NCBI GenBank assembly: GCA_963675915.1
Contig: OY780959.1
Span: 750,001 to 782,000 of the forward strand
Length of the DNA stretch: 32,000 bases
Direction: 5' to 3'
Origin: Coprobacillaceae bacterium
GTDB taxonomy: Bacteria > Bacillota_I > Bacilli_A > Erysipelotrichales > Coprobacillaceae
Position 1 is the stretch's first letter. Every line of letters starts with the position of its first letter. Shown piece by piece: positions 17,475 to 25,478 of this stretch. The position numbers and the translations under genes were made by a program. A model generated the notes under the pieces. It did not search any database. It was not told where the DNA came from and saw only the letters and a list, made by a program, of their open reading frames with translations.

Positions 17475-18167
17475 ATGATTGGTATTATTGGTGCAATGGA
17501 TGAAGAAGTAGGGGCAGTATTGGAGCATCTGGATGCGAAAAAGGAACGCATGATTCATGATGTGAAATTTACTGAAGGAAAAATAAACGGCAAAGACGTA
17601 GTAGTCTGTCAAAGTGGGATCGGTAAAGTCAATGCGACATTTTCAACAACTTTGCTGATGACAAACTACGATATTGATTATGTAATCAATGTCGGAACTG
17701 CAGGTGGGCTTAACAGTGACGAAAAACCGGGGGATGTTGTGATTTCAACAGGAGTTTCCAGTCATGATTTCGATTTGTCGGCTTTCGGTCGCGAAATCGG
17801 ACAGGTCCCTGATCTGCCAAGAATTTTCGAGGCGGATGGAAATCTGGTTAAAAAAACCATGAATATTCTTGATCAAGAAGAAGTTAACTACCATATCGGA
17901 TTGATTGTCAGCGGCGATCAGTTTTTGAACAATCAAAGTCAGGTCGACAAGATCAAGTTCGACTTTCTAGAACCGCTAGCCGGTGATATGGAAGCCAGTG
18001 CGATCGCTCAGATCTGCCATAAAACAAAGACGCCGTTCATTATCACCAGATGTCTTTCAGATGTTTTTGGTATCGGTGATGAAAGCAGTCTTCAGTTCGA
18101 CGAATATTTGAAGTTGGCTTCAAAGATTTCAGCCGATATCTGTGTAGGCTTGGTAAACCATGAATAA
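17475..18167 (+). CDS. mtnN: 5'-methylthioadenosine/S-adenosylhomocysteine nucleosidase
   Basis: MIGIIGAMDEE, SGIGKVNA, VINVGTAGG and GDMEASAIAQ are typical MtnN/Pfs motifs. Confidence 0.9.
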   Translation: MIGIIGAMDEEVGAVLEHLDAKKERMIHDVKFTEGKINGKDVVVCQSGIGKVNATFSTTLLMTNYDIDYVINVGTAGGLNSDEKPGDVVISTGVSSHDFDLSAFGREIGQVPDLPRIFEADGNLVKKTMNILDQEEVNYHIGLIVSGDQFLNNQSQVDKIKFDFLEPLAGDMEASAIAQICHKTKTPFIITRCLSDVFGIGDESSLQFDEYLKLASKISADICVGLVNHE

Positions 18168-20478
18168 TATCGAATTATTAGCTCCAGCGGGTAGTTTTGA
18201 GGCTTTAGTAGCAGCAATCCAGAATGGAGCTAATGCTGTTTATATCGGAGGTTCGAGCTTTTCGGCCCGGGCTTTCGCCACCAACTTCGATGATCAGGAA
18301 ATAATAAGGGCGATTGAGTATGCTCATACTCATTTTGCGAAAATTTACGTTACAGTCAATACTTTGTATTACGATGAGGAAATCGATGACCTGCTTGAAT
18401 ATATCGCATTTCTTTATCACCAGAATTGTGATGCCATAATTATTCAGGATATCGGGTTATTTGATTTGATCAAAGGCCGGATTCCGGGAATGGAAATTCA
18501 TATCTCGACCCAGATGTCAGTCAACAATCTTGATTCGGTTCGTTTTTTCGAACAGTATGGAGTTGAACGGGTGGTTTTGGCCCGGGAAAATACGATTGAG
18601 GAAATTCAGGAGATTGCCGCCAATACCAGCGTCGATCTTGAAGTTTTTGTTCACGGGGCAATTTGTGTCAGTTATTCCGGTCAATGTCTGATGTCTTCGA
18701 ATATCGCCAAACGTTCGGGAAACCGCGGTAGCTGCGGTCAACCGTGTCGGCTTGGATATGAACTGATCAAGGATGGCGAGGCTATCAGTGAGAATGCTTA
18801 CTTGCTTTCGCCCAAAGATCTTTGTACAATCGAGAATATCGGCCAATTGATTGATGCCAATGTCAAATCGTTCAAAATTGAAGGTCGGATGAAACGACCT
18901 GAATATGTGGCAACTGTTGTAGCAGCCTATCGCAAAGCGATTGACAATCATCTTGCCCACAAATATGAATCGCTGGACCAGGAAATCCTGAAGATGAAGA
19001 AAATGTTCAACCGGGGCTTTTCCCAGGGATATCTATTCAATGACGAAAGTAAGATGGAACCCGACTTTCCCGGAAATCAGGGTATCAATGTCGGTGAGGT
19101 GGTCGGTTATAACCGTAAGACCCGCAAAGTGGCAATCAGGCTTAGCGAAACTTTGCATCAAAACGACCGGGTGGAATTTTTGGATATTCTCCTCAAAAGG
19201 ACCATTACCAAACTTTATCTCGACGGTTATCTGGTTAATCATGCCGAGGCCGGTGAGGTGGTTGAAATCGAACTTGATCATCCAGTCAAAGTCGCAACCA
19301 AGGTTAATAAGATTTATGATGTTGAATTGATCAAGGAAGCCAACCGTTCTTATCAAAAGGAAAATGTTGCCAATGAATTGAATCTTAAATTCGAAGCACA
19401 TATCGGCGGTTATCCTGTTCTGTTCTACCGGATCGGAGCTTACCAGGGGATGGTAAGTCAGGGATTTGTGGTTGAAAAGGCCCGCAATCGGCCAGTCACC
19501 CCAGCTGACATTCACAAGCAACTTGCCAAACTGGGCAATACCCCGTTTGGACTGGGAAAATTGGAAATCGAAATCGACAACAATATCTCGATGCCGCTAA
19601 AAATTCTCAATCAGCTGCGTCGTGAAGCAATTGAGGCGCTGAACAATCAGCTCACCGCCAAACGTTCAGTGATTGATTTAAAAGCCCAGTGGCCCGAATC
19701 AAATTCTCATGTACTTGAAGGGCTTATGGTAAAGGTCACAACCCTTCAACAGGCCCAAGCGGCTTTGAAACATACCTCGAAAATCGCTTATCCGCTGGAT
19801 CAGACCGTCTTCGAAATGTTCGAACTCGCCCAAACTTGCAATGTCGAGCTGGCGCTTTACACAACTTATCGCTATGAAAGTGATTTGATTGAAAAGGTCA
19901 AAGCGCATCCGTATTATTCTCAAATCATGGAGATCTTCGTAGGCGATTACCAATCTTGCACCAGCTTTAAAGACAAGAAACTGATTATTGATAGCAATAT
20001 GAACGTTGTCAATAGTTTCGCCGCCTCGTTTTTCCCTGAAGCCACCATCAATCTTTCAACTGAGATGTCGCGTAAACAGATCAATCGTCTTAAGACAACC
20101 AATGAATTGATGTTCGAGGTTTATGGCCGTTCAGTCAATATGACGACGCGTCACTGTGTTATCTCGCAGCATTACTTTGGTAAGAAAGTGGCAGGGTGCA
20201 ACCGCTGCAAGAGCGGTAACTTTGCGCTGAAGGACCGAATGGGCGAACATTTCCCAATTGGAACCAATGAACTTTGCGATAATATCATTTATCACAACAA
20301 ACCAACCCTGATCAGTGATATTGCCAGTCTCAAGGTTGATCGGATTTTACTCCACTTCACCATTGAAACCGTGTCTGAAATAGAACAAATAATCAATTAT
20401 TATCTAAATCTTCTAAATAACAAGCCGGTTGAAGAGCTTAATTTTAGTAATTACGTAAAATTATATTACAACGATTGA
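18160..20478 (+). CDS. U32-family protein, long two-module form (Fe-S-type Cys motif; probable RNA/quinone-type hydroxylase rather than protease)
   Basis: N-terminal ELLAPAGS...GANAVYIGG and C169-x6-C176-x15-C192-x3-C196, followed by EGRMKRPEYV. The C-terminal third repeats a degenerate version (EVYGRSVNMTTRHC...CNRC). Confidence 0.85.
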   Translation: MNNIELLAPAGSFEALVAAIQNGANAVYIGGSSFSARAFATNFDDQEIIRAIEYAHTHFAKIYVTVNTLYYDEEIDDLLEYIAFLYHQNCDAIIIQDIGLFDLIKGRIPGMEIHISTQMSVNNLDSVRFFEQYGVERVVLARENTIEEIQEIAANTSVDLEVFVHGAICVSYSGQCLMSSNIAKRSGNRGSCGQPCRLGYELIKDGEAISENAYLLSPKDLCTIENIGQLIDANVKSFKIEGRMKRPEYVATVVAAYRKAIDNHLAHKYESLDQEILKMKKMFNRGFSQGYLFNDESKMEPDFPGNQGINVGEVVGYNRKTRKVAIRLSETLHQNDRVEFLDILLKRTITKLYLDGYLVNHAEAGEVVEIELDHPVKVATKVNKIYDVELIKEANRSYQKENVANELNLKFEAHIGGYPVLFYRIGAYQGMVSQGFVVEKARNRPVTPADIHKQLAKLGNTPFGLGKLEIEIDNNISMPLKILNQLRREAIEALNNQLTAKRSVIDLKAQWPESNSHVLEGLMVKVTTLQQAQAALKHTSKIAYPLDQTVFEMFELAQTCNVELALYTTYRYESDLIEKVKAHPYYSQIMEIFVGDYQSCTSFKDKKLIIDSNMNVVNSFAASFFPEATINLSTEMSRKQINRLKTTNELMFEVYGRSVNMTTRHCVISQHYFGKKVAGCNRCKSGNFALKDRMGEHFPIGTNELCDNIIYHNKPTLISDIASLKVDRILLHFTIETVSEIEQIINYYLNLLNNKPVEELNFSNYVKLYYND

Positions 20479-20487
20479 TAAATATCA

Positions 20488-20516
20488 TTGAATTGTTTGT
20501 CCGTTTTTGCTAAAAT
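20488..20516 (+). promoter_or_regulatory. Candidate promoter for the XRE regulator
   Basis: TTGAAT (20488-20493), 17-nt spacer, TAAAAT (20511-20516). Confidence 0.45.
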
Positions 20517-20535
20517 AATATTAGGAGGAATCGAA

Positions 20536-20895
20536 ATGGCAATAGATATGGAGTTGGCTAAACGTCTTAAATCATATCGTAATTTCAAACATTTTACCCA
20601 AAAAGATGTTGCTAAACATTTAAATGTCCCCCATTCAGCAATTTCTGACATAGAAAACGGCAAACGTGATATCACTGTAGGAGAATTGAAAGTATTTTCA
20701 AATCTATATGGACGTTCTGTTGAAGAAATCATGAGTGGAAAGAAGTACGATTATTATAATATTGCAAACATTGCACGTCTTTTGACAGAATTACCAGATG
20801 ATGATTTGAAAGAAGTTATGTTCTTGATTGAGTACAAACGCAAACGCAATGAAGAACGTTTGAGTGAACACGGCCAAAACAAAAAACAAGGTTAA
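20536..20895 (+). CDS. XRE-family helix-turn-helix transcriptional regulator (119 aa)
   Basis: LKSYRNFKHFTQKDVAKHLNVPHSAISDIENGKRDITVGELKVFSNLYG is an HTH_3 pattern. AGGAGG at 20523-20528 lies 7 nt before ATG 20536. Confidence 0.8.
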   Translation: MAIDMELAKRLKSYRNFKHFTQKDVAKHLNVPHSAISDIENGKRDITVGELKVFSNLYGRSVEEIMSGKKYDYYNIANIARLLTELPDDDLKEVMFLIEYKRKRNEERLSEHGQNKKQG

Positions 20896-20910
20896 TAGCC
20901 TTGTTTTTTT
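20881..20910. terminator. Bidirectional intrinsic terminator between convergent genes
   Basis: AAAAAACAAGG-ttaatag-CCTTGTTTTTTT. The XRE stop codon lies in the loop. Confidence 0.7.
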
Positions 20911-20954
20911 GTGCGTCGATAATGTCGATTGATATCGGCTTGGCTTTTGATGTC

Positions 20955-21503
20955 TCAGTAAAGCAACTGTTTGATTTCTTCAAACAGTTTTTTTCCGTCT
21001 TCAAGAACCTGGGCAGTGACATTTTCATGAGTCAGATGATGATGATAGGTCACTAAAATCGTATCGGATATCTCAACCAGGGCATAGGTTCCAAAACCGT
21101 ATGAGCCGCGATTGATCATCAGACTGCCGGGGTTGATGAAAACAAGTCCGTCTTCCTTGATGAAAGTCGCAATATGGGTGTGACCATGAAAGCAAATGGA
21201 TATGTCGTTTTCTTTCATATATTCTTTCAAGCGGGTATAGTCATGATAGACATCCCACAAATGCCCGTGAACCACCAGAATCTTGACTGTAGCAGCGTCT
21301 ATTATCTGTTCCAGGGGGAAAGTGTCATTGTCGTGATTGCCGCGCACAGCGACAAAATGGGTCAGCAGGGGACTGCCATAGTCAAGGTTGCTGTCGCCGC
21401 AAAATATATATTGATTTTGTCGGGGATAACGCTGGTAGAGTTTACCCAACTGACTGTTATCACCATGACTGTCACTGCATACTAAAAGTTTGATTTTTTT
21501 CAT
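20955..21503 (-). CDS. YfcE/MJ0936-family metallophosphoesterase
   Basis: Motifs in order: VCSDSHGD, GDS, RGNHD, VVHGH, GHTH. Confidence 0.85.
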   Translation of the reverse strand: MKKIKLLVCSDSHGDNSQLGKLYQRYPRQNQYIFCGDSNLDYGSPLLTHFVAVRGNHDNDTFPLEQIIDAATVKILVVHGHLWDVYHDYTRLKEYMKENDISICFHGHTHIATFIKEDGLVFINPGSLMINRGSYGFGTYALVEISDTILVTYHHHLTHENVTAQVLEDGKKLFEEIKQLLY

Positions 21504-21520
21504 TTTAGCCCTCCATTAAT

Positions 21521-21549
21521 ATTATAAGTTTTAATCGACGTTTTTTCAA
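21521..21549 (-). promoter_or_regulatory. Candidate promoter for the phosphoesterase gene
   Basis: On the minus strand: TTGAAA (21549-21544), 17-nt spacer, TATAAT (21526-21521). Confidence 0.55.
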
Positions 21550-21599
21550 TAGTTACCGCTTTACTGTTTCATAGGTGGCTTTTTTTTGCTAGGAAAGTG

Positions 21600-21628
21600 T
21601 TTACATTTTGTTTTAAAAAAGGTATAAT
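21600..21628 (+). promoter_or_regulatory. Candidate promoter of EIIB copy 1
   Basis: TTTACA (21600-21605), 17-nt spacer, TATAAT (21623-21628). Confidence 0.55.
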
Positions 21629-21658
21629 TATTTCATAAATGAAAAAGGAGTGTACAAA

Positions 21659-21973
21659 ATGAAAAGTATATTATTAGTATGTGCGGCAGGGATGTCAACA
21701 AGTTTATTAGTAACAAAAATGGAAGCAGCAGCTAAAGAACAAGGGATCGAAATCAAAATTTTCGCATTACCTATCTCTGATGCTCCAAGAGTTATCAATG
21801 ATGTAGATATCGTGCTTTTAGGGCCACAAGTTAGATTCCAAAAACCACAAGTTGAAAAATTAATTGCTGATCGTACAGCTGGACCAATTCCTTGTGAAGT
21901 AATCGATATGCGTGATTACGGAACTATGAACGGTAAAAAAGTATTCGACAACGCAATGAAATTAATGGGGTAA
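21659..21973 (+). CDS. PTS lactose/cellobiose-family EIIB component, copy 1 (104 aa)
   Basis: MKSILLVCAAGMSTSLLV carries the phospho-Cys (Cys8), and GPQVRF is present. AAGGAG lies 8 nt upstream of ATG 21659. Confidence 0.85.
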   Translation: MKSILLVCAAGMSTSLLVTKMEAAAKEQGIEIKIFALPISDAPRVINDVDIVLLGPQVRFQKPQVEKLIADRTAGPIPCEVIDMRDYGTMNGKKVFDNAMKLMG

Positions 21974-21988
21974 TCTTTAATGCTAAAT

Positions 21989-22017
21989 AGACGGGTACTA
22001 CCCGTCTTTTTGTTTTT
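21989..22017 (+). terminator. Intrinsic terminator after EIIB copy 1
   Basis: AGACGGG-tacta-CCCGTCT followed by TTTTGTTTTTT. Confidence 0.75.
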
Positions 22018-22038
22018 TGTCATAATAGGGTGGTAGTG

Positions 22039-22067
22039 TTTACAATTGCTCTATTTTTAGGTATAAT
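22039..22067 (+). promoter_or_regulatory. Candidate promoter of EIIB copy 2
   Basis: TTTACA (22039-22044), 17-nt spacer, TATAAT (22062-22067). It shares the GTGTTTACA context with copy 1. Confidence 0.55.
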
Positions 22068-22099
22068 GTATATATGAAATAAAAAGGAGAGTCAAATAT

Positions 22100-22417
22100 A
22101 TGAAAACAATTTTATTGGTATGTTCAGCTGGGATGTCAACTAGCTTATTAGTAACAAAAATGGAAGCAGCAGCTAAAGAACAAGGGATCGAAGCTAAAAT
22201 CTTCGCATTACCTTTCTCTGATGCTCCTCGCGTTCTTGAAGAAGTAGATGTTATCTTACTTGGGCCACAAGTTAGATTCCAAAAAGCAGCAATCGAAAAA
22301 TTGGTTGCCGGACGCAGTGGGGGACCTATCCCTGTTGATGTAATCGACATGCGTGATTATGGAACTATGAATGGTAAGGCAGTATTTGGTACTGCATTAA
22401 AATTAATGGGAGAATAA
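22100..22417 (+). CDS. PTS lactose/cellobiose-family EIIB component, copy 2 (105 aa)
   Basis: MKTILLVCSAGMSTSLLV. By hand alignment it has 22 mismatches with copy 1 over 104 positions. Confidence 0.85.
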   Translation: MKTILLVCSAGMSTSLLVTKMEAAAKEQGIEAKIFALPFSDAPRVLEEVDVILLGPQVRFQKAAIEKLVAGRSGGPIPVDVIDMRDYGTMNGKAVFGTALKLMGE

Positions 22418-22442
22418 AAAACGGGCGAAAGCCTGTTTTTTT
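22416..22442 (+). terminator. Intrinsic terminator after EIIB copy 2
   Basis: ACGGGC-gaaa-GCCTGT followed by a T7 run. Confidence 0.7.
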
Positions 22443-22566
22443 GTCGAAAACACCGATATAATCGGACTATTTTCAGTTAGGTGTTTTACACTTGAAACGA
22501 ATCGCCCGATAAATGTAAGTTAAACTTAAGATTGTATTCAATTTTTGTTTATTTTTTTTTCTCTTA

Positions 22567-22575
22567 TGATATAAT
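22567..22575 (+). promoter_or_regulatory. Extended -10 element (TGaTATAAT) upstream of the ACT/UPF0210 operon
   Basis: TG at 22567-22568 and TATAAT at 22570-22575, 24 nt upstream of ATG 22600. No good -35 is present. Confidence 0.4.
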
Positions 22576-22599
22576 GGTTTAAAAATGGAGGTATATGTA

Positions 22600-22872
22600 A
22601 TGGAAAAAGGCGTTATTACGGTTGTAGGAAAAGACCAAATTGGTATTATCGGTAAGGTATGTACTTTCTTGGCTGACAAACAAGTCAATATCTTGGATAT
22701 TTCACAAACTATCATTGATGATTTCTTCAATATGATGATGATTGTTGACATCACTTCAAAAGGTGAAGAACTTGGCGATATTGCAAATGAAATCGCAGCT
22801 TTAGGTGATGAAATTGGCGTAAATATAAAACTTCAACATGAAAACATTTTTAATAAAATGCATCGTTTATAG
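22600..22872 (+). CDS. ACT-domain protein, UPF0237 family (90 aa)
   Basis: [49 protein letters not shown] closely parallels the streptococcal UPF0237 ACT proteins. GGAGG lies 8 nt upstream. Confidence 0.8.
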   Translation: MEKGVITVVGKDQIGIIGKVCTFLADKQVNILDISQTIIDDFFNMMMIVDITSKGEELGDIANEIAALGDEIGVNIKLQHENIFNKMHRL

Positions 22873-22880
22873 GAGGACAC

Positions 22881-24245
22881 ATGATTAATATTTTAGAGGT
22901 TACTGAAACAAATAAAATGATCGAACAAGAAAACCTGGATGTTCGTACAATTACAATGGGGATTTCCCTTTTGGATTGCATGGGTCCAGATGTTGATGTT
23001 GTTTGTGATAAAATTTATGAAAAAATCATGCGTCTTGCTGGAAACTTGGTCCCAACAGGGGTAGCTATCGAACACAAATACGGTATCCCTATTGTCAACA
23101 AGAGAATTTCAGTTACACCGATCGGTTTTGTCGGAAATGCATGTTGTAAAACTACTGGTGATTTCATTAAAATCGCCAAAGTATTGGATAAATGTGCAGC
23201 GGAACTGGGAATCAACTTCATCGGTGGTTACAGTGCCATCGTTACTAAAGGGATGACTCCAAGTGATGAACTTTTAATCAGATCTATCCCTGAAGCATTG
23301 AGCGTTACTGAAAGAGTTTGTTCATCAGTGAACCTTGGTTCAACCAGAGCTGGGATGAACATGGATGCGATCAAACTTATGGGTGAAATCGTCTTACAGG
23401 CAGCTGAATACACCAAAGACAGAGATTCAATTGGATGTGCTAAATTGGTAGTATTCACCAACGCTCCTGATGACAACCCATTCATGGCTGGTGCTTTCCA
23501 CGGGGTGACTGAAGCTGATGCGATTATCAATGTCGGAGTTTCAGGTCCTGGAGTAATGAGAAAAGCTATCTCAAAAACCAAAGGTGAAAGTTTCGATGTA
23601 TTATGCGATACAATCAAGAAAACTGCATTCAAGATCACTCGTGTAGGTCAATTGGTGGCAATGGAAGCTTCTGAAGCTTTGGGTGTTCCTTTTGGAATCA
23701 TCGACTTGTCATTGGCTCCTACACCTGCAATTGGGGATTCAATCGCTGATTGTCTTGAACAAATGGGATTGGAATCTGTAGGATGTCCTGGTACAACTGC
23801 AGCTTTGGCAATCTTGAACGATCATGTTAAAAAAGGTGGGGTAATGGCAGCATCTCACGTTGGTGGTCTTTCTGGAGCGTTCATTCCTGTTTCTGAAGAC
23901 CAAGGAATGATTGATGCGGTACTTCGCGGATCATTGACTCTTGAAAAATTAGAAGCAATGACTTGCGTATGTTCAGTTGGCCTGGACATGATTGCAATTC
24001 CTGGAAGCACTACAGCAACAGTGATTTCTGGTATCATTGCTGATGAAATGGCAATTGGTATGATCAATCAAAAAACTACAGCAGTAAGAATCATCCCTGT
24101 TATCGGTAAAGATGTCGGTGACACAGTGGAATTTGGTGGATTGTTAGGATATGCACCAATCATGCAAGTAAACAACTTTGAACCAGCGGACTTCATCAAC
24201 AGAGGTGGACGAGTTCCCGCGCCAATCCACAGTTTCAAAAACTAG
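22881..24245 (+). CDS. UPF0210 (DUF711) family protein
   Basis: [47 protein letters not shown] and a C-terminal PAPIHSFKN match the UPF0210 family (for example pneumococcal SP_0239, as I recall it). Confidence 0.85.
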   Translation: MINILEVTETNKMIEQENLDVRTITMGISLLDCMGPDVDVVCDKIYEKIMRLAGNLVPTGVAIEHKYGIPIVNKRISVTPIGFVGNACCKTTGDFIKIAKVLDKCAAELGINFIGGYSAIVTKGMTPSDELLIRSIPEALSVTERVCSSVNLGSTRAGMNMDAIKLMGEIVLQAAEYTKDRDSIGCAKLVVFTNAPDDNPFMAGAFHGVTEADAIINVGVSGPGVMRKAISKTKGESFDVLCDTIKKTAFKITRVGQLVAMEASEALGVPFGIIDLSLAPTPAIGDSIADCLEQMGLESVGCPGTTAALAILNDHVKKGGVMAASHVGGLSGAFIPVSEDQGMIDAVLRGSLTLEKLEAMTCVCSVGLDMIAIPGSTTATVISGIIADEMAIGMINQKTTAVRIIPVIGKDVGDTVEFGGLLGYAPIMQVNNFEPADFINRGGRVPAPIHSFKN

Positions 24246-24254
24246 GGAAACGAT

Positions 24255-25478
24255 TTGGAAAATTTATTAATATATAATGATTTTTTAGCAGCTGATCTTA
24301 ATGTTCTAGCTGCTAAAATAGCTAAAAACGAAGTTGATATAACTGATGTAAAAACCTTACTTGCAAAATGTGATGAATTGAATCTTAATGGAAATCTATG
24401 GCAATCACTGCTTACCATAGAATTAATGAAGAATGAAAACGTCTTTTCATTGGCACTGGAAAGAAAACATGATATATCGCCGGAACTAAAAGCGACGACA
24501 TTGGCTGACATCAAGTCGATTTACGAAGCTTTCAATTATGAATTCGATGATAGCCTGCCGGGAGTTGCGTTGGTTAAAAACTACTGCAAATCAAGACCGG
24601 TGGTCAATATCGAAATCGATGAGATTTTTGTGAACCTGCAAAAGGCCCTTGGTGATGCCAAGGATCATCTGGAGTTCTATGAGGTCATCCACGACCACTA
24701 TCTGACATATGGAGTGGGTATGTATGGGCTCAATAAGGCTTTTAGATACAATCAGGATCATATCGAATCAATCAAATATGTCGGTAACTTCGATCTTGAC
24801 GAGATCGTGGGAATGGACCTGCAAAAAGATCAGTTGATTTCCAATACCAAGGCTTTCCTCGAGGGGCAGATGGCCAACAATGTATTGCTGTATGGTGATG
24901 CCGGTACCGGAAAATCTTCATGCATCAAAGGTCTGCTGAACCGTTACTATAAGGACGGTCTTAGAATTGTCGAAGTATACAAACATCAGTTTATTCATCT
25001 GCCGGAAATTATTCAGGAGCTTCAATCGCGAAACTTCAAATTCATTCTGTTTATGGATGATTTGTCATTTGAAGAGTTCGAGATCGAATACAAGTATCTC
25101 AAAGCCGTAATCGAAGGCGGTCTTGAAAAGAAACCGGAAAACGTGATTATCTACGCTACCAGCAATCGCCGTCACCTTGTCAAGGAAACTTGGTCGGAGC
25201 GTGAAGGTGACGAAGTCAGCGTCAATGATGCATTGCAGGAAAAAACCTCATTGGCAAGCCGTTTTGGTGTTACAATATACTTTGGAAGGCCCAACAAAAA
25301 GGAATTTTTCAATATTATTGATGGACTTTATCTGCAGTATCAGTGTACAATGGATAAGGAAAAAGTTTATCAAGAAGCAATCAAATGGGAAATGCGTCAC
25401 GGCGGATTTTCAGGCAGAACTGCTCGCCAGTTTATGATGAATTTAATTAGTCTACAACAAGGAGATAGTAATGAATAA
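24255..25478 (+). CDS. AAA-type ATP-binding protein, DUF815/COG2607-like
   Basis: Walker A (LLYGDAGTGKSS) and Walker B-like (FILFMDDLSFEE) motifs. The start is TTG at 24255, and the next in-frame ATG is 57 codons downstream. Confidence 0.75.
   Translation: MENLLIYNDFLAADLNVLAAKIAKNEVDITDVKTLLAKCDELNLNGNLWQSLLTIELMKNENVFSLALERKHDISPELKATTLADIKSIYEAFNYEFDDSLPGVALVKNYCKSRPVVNIEIDEIFVNLQKALGDAKDHLEFYEVIHDHYLTYGVGMYGLNKAFRYNQDHIESIKYVGNFDLDEIVGMDLQKDQLISNTKAFLEGQMANNVLLYGDAGTGKSSCIKGLLNRYYKDGLRIVEVYKHQFIHLPEIIQELQSRNFKFILFMDDLSFEEFEIEYKYLKAVIEGGLEKKPENVIIYATSNRRHLVKETWSEREGDEVSVNDALQEKTSLASRFGVTIYFGRPNKKEFFNIIDGLYLQYQCTMDKEKVYQEAIKWEMRHGGFSGRTARQFMMNLISLQQGDSNE

Noticed and set aside
17087-19521. 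Minus-strand ORFs of 147-162 aa (17087-17551, 18517-18960, 19033-19521) opposite the methyltransferase, mtnN and U32 genes
   Set aside because: Same reasoning as above: they are embedded antisense in well-supported genes of a gapless operon.
22032-22039. GGTAGTGT, identical to the first 8 nt of the IS terminal repeat, just upstream of EIIB copy 2 (possible solo IS end)
   Set aside because: Only 8 nt match and the similarity ends where the IR continues (TTTACA versus CAAA). There is no second end or duplication. It overlaps an ordinary -35 context.
22456-22470. ATATAATCGGACTAT resembles the 5' (AUAUAAUCG) and 3' (CGACUAU) flanks of the purine (xpt G-box) riboswitch, which is tempting because purF is downstream
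   Set aside because: The whole P2-P3 aptamer core (about 50 nt) that should lie between the two segments is missing, so it cannot be a functional purine riboswitch. It is most likely coincidence in AT-rich DNA.
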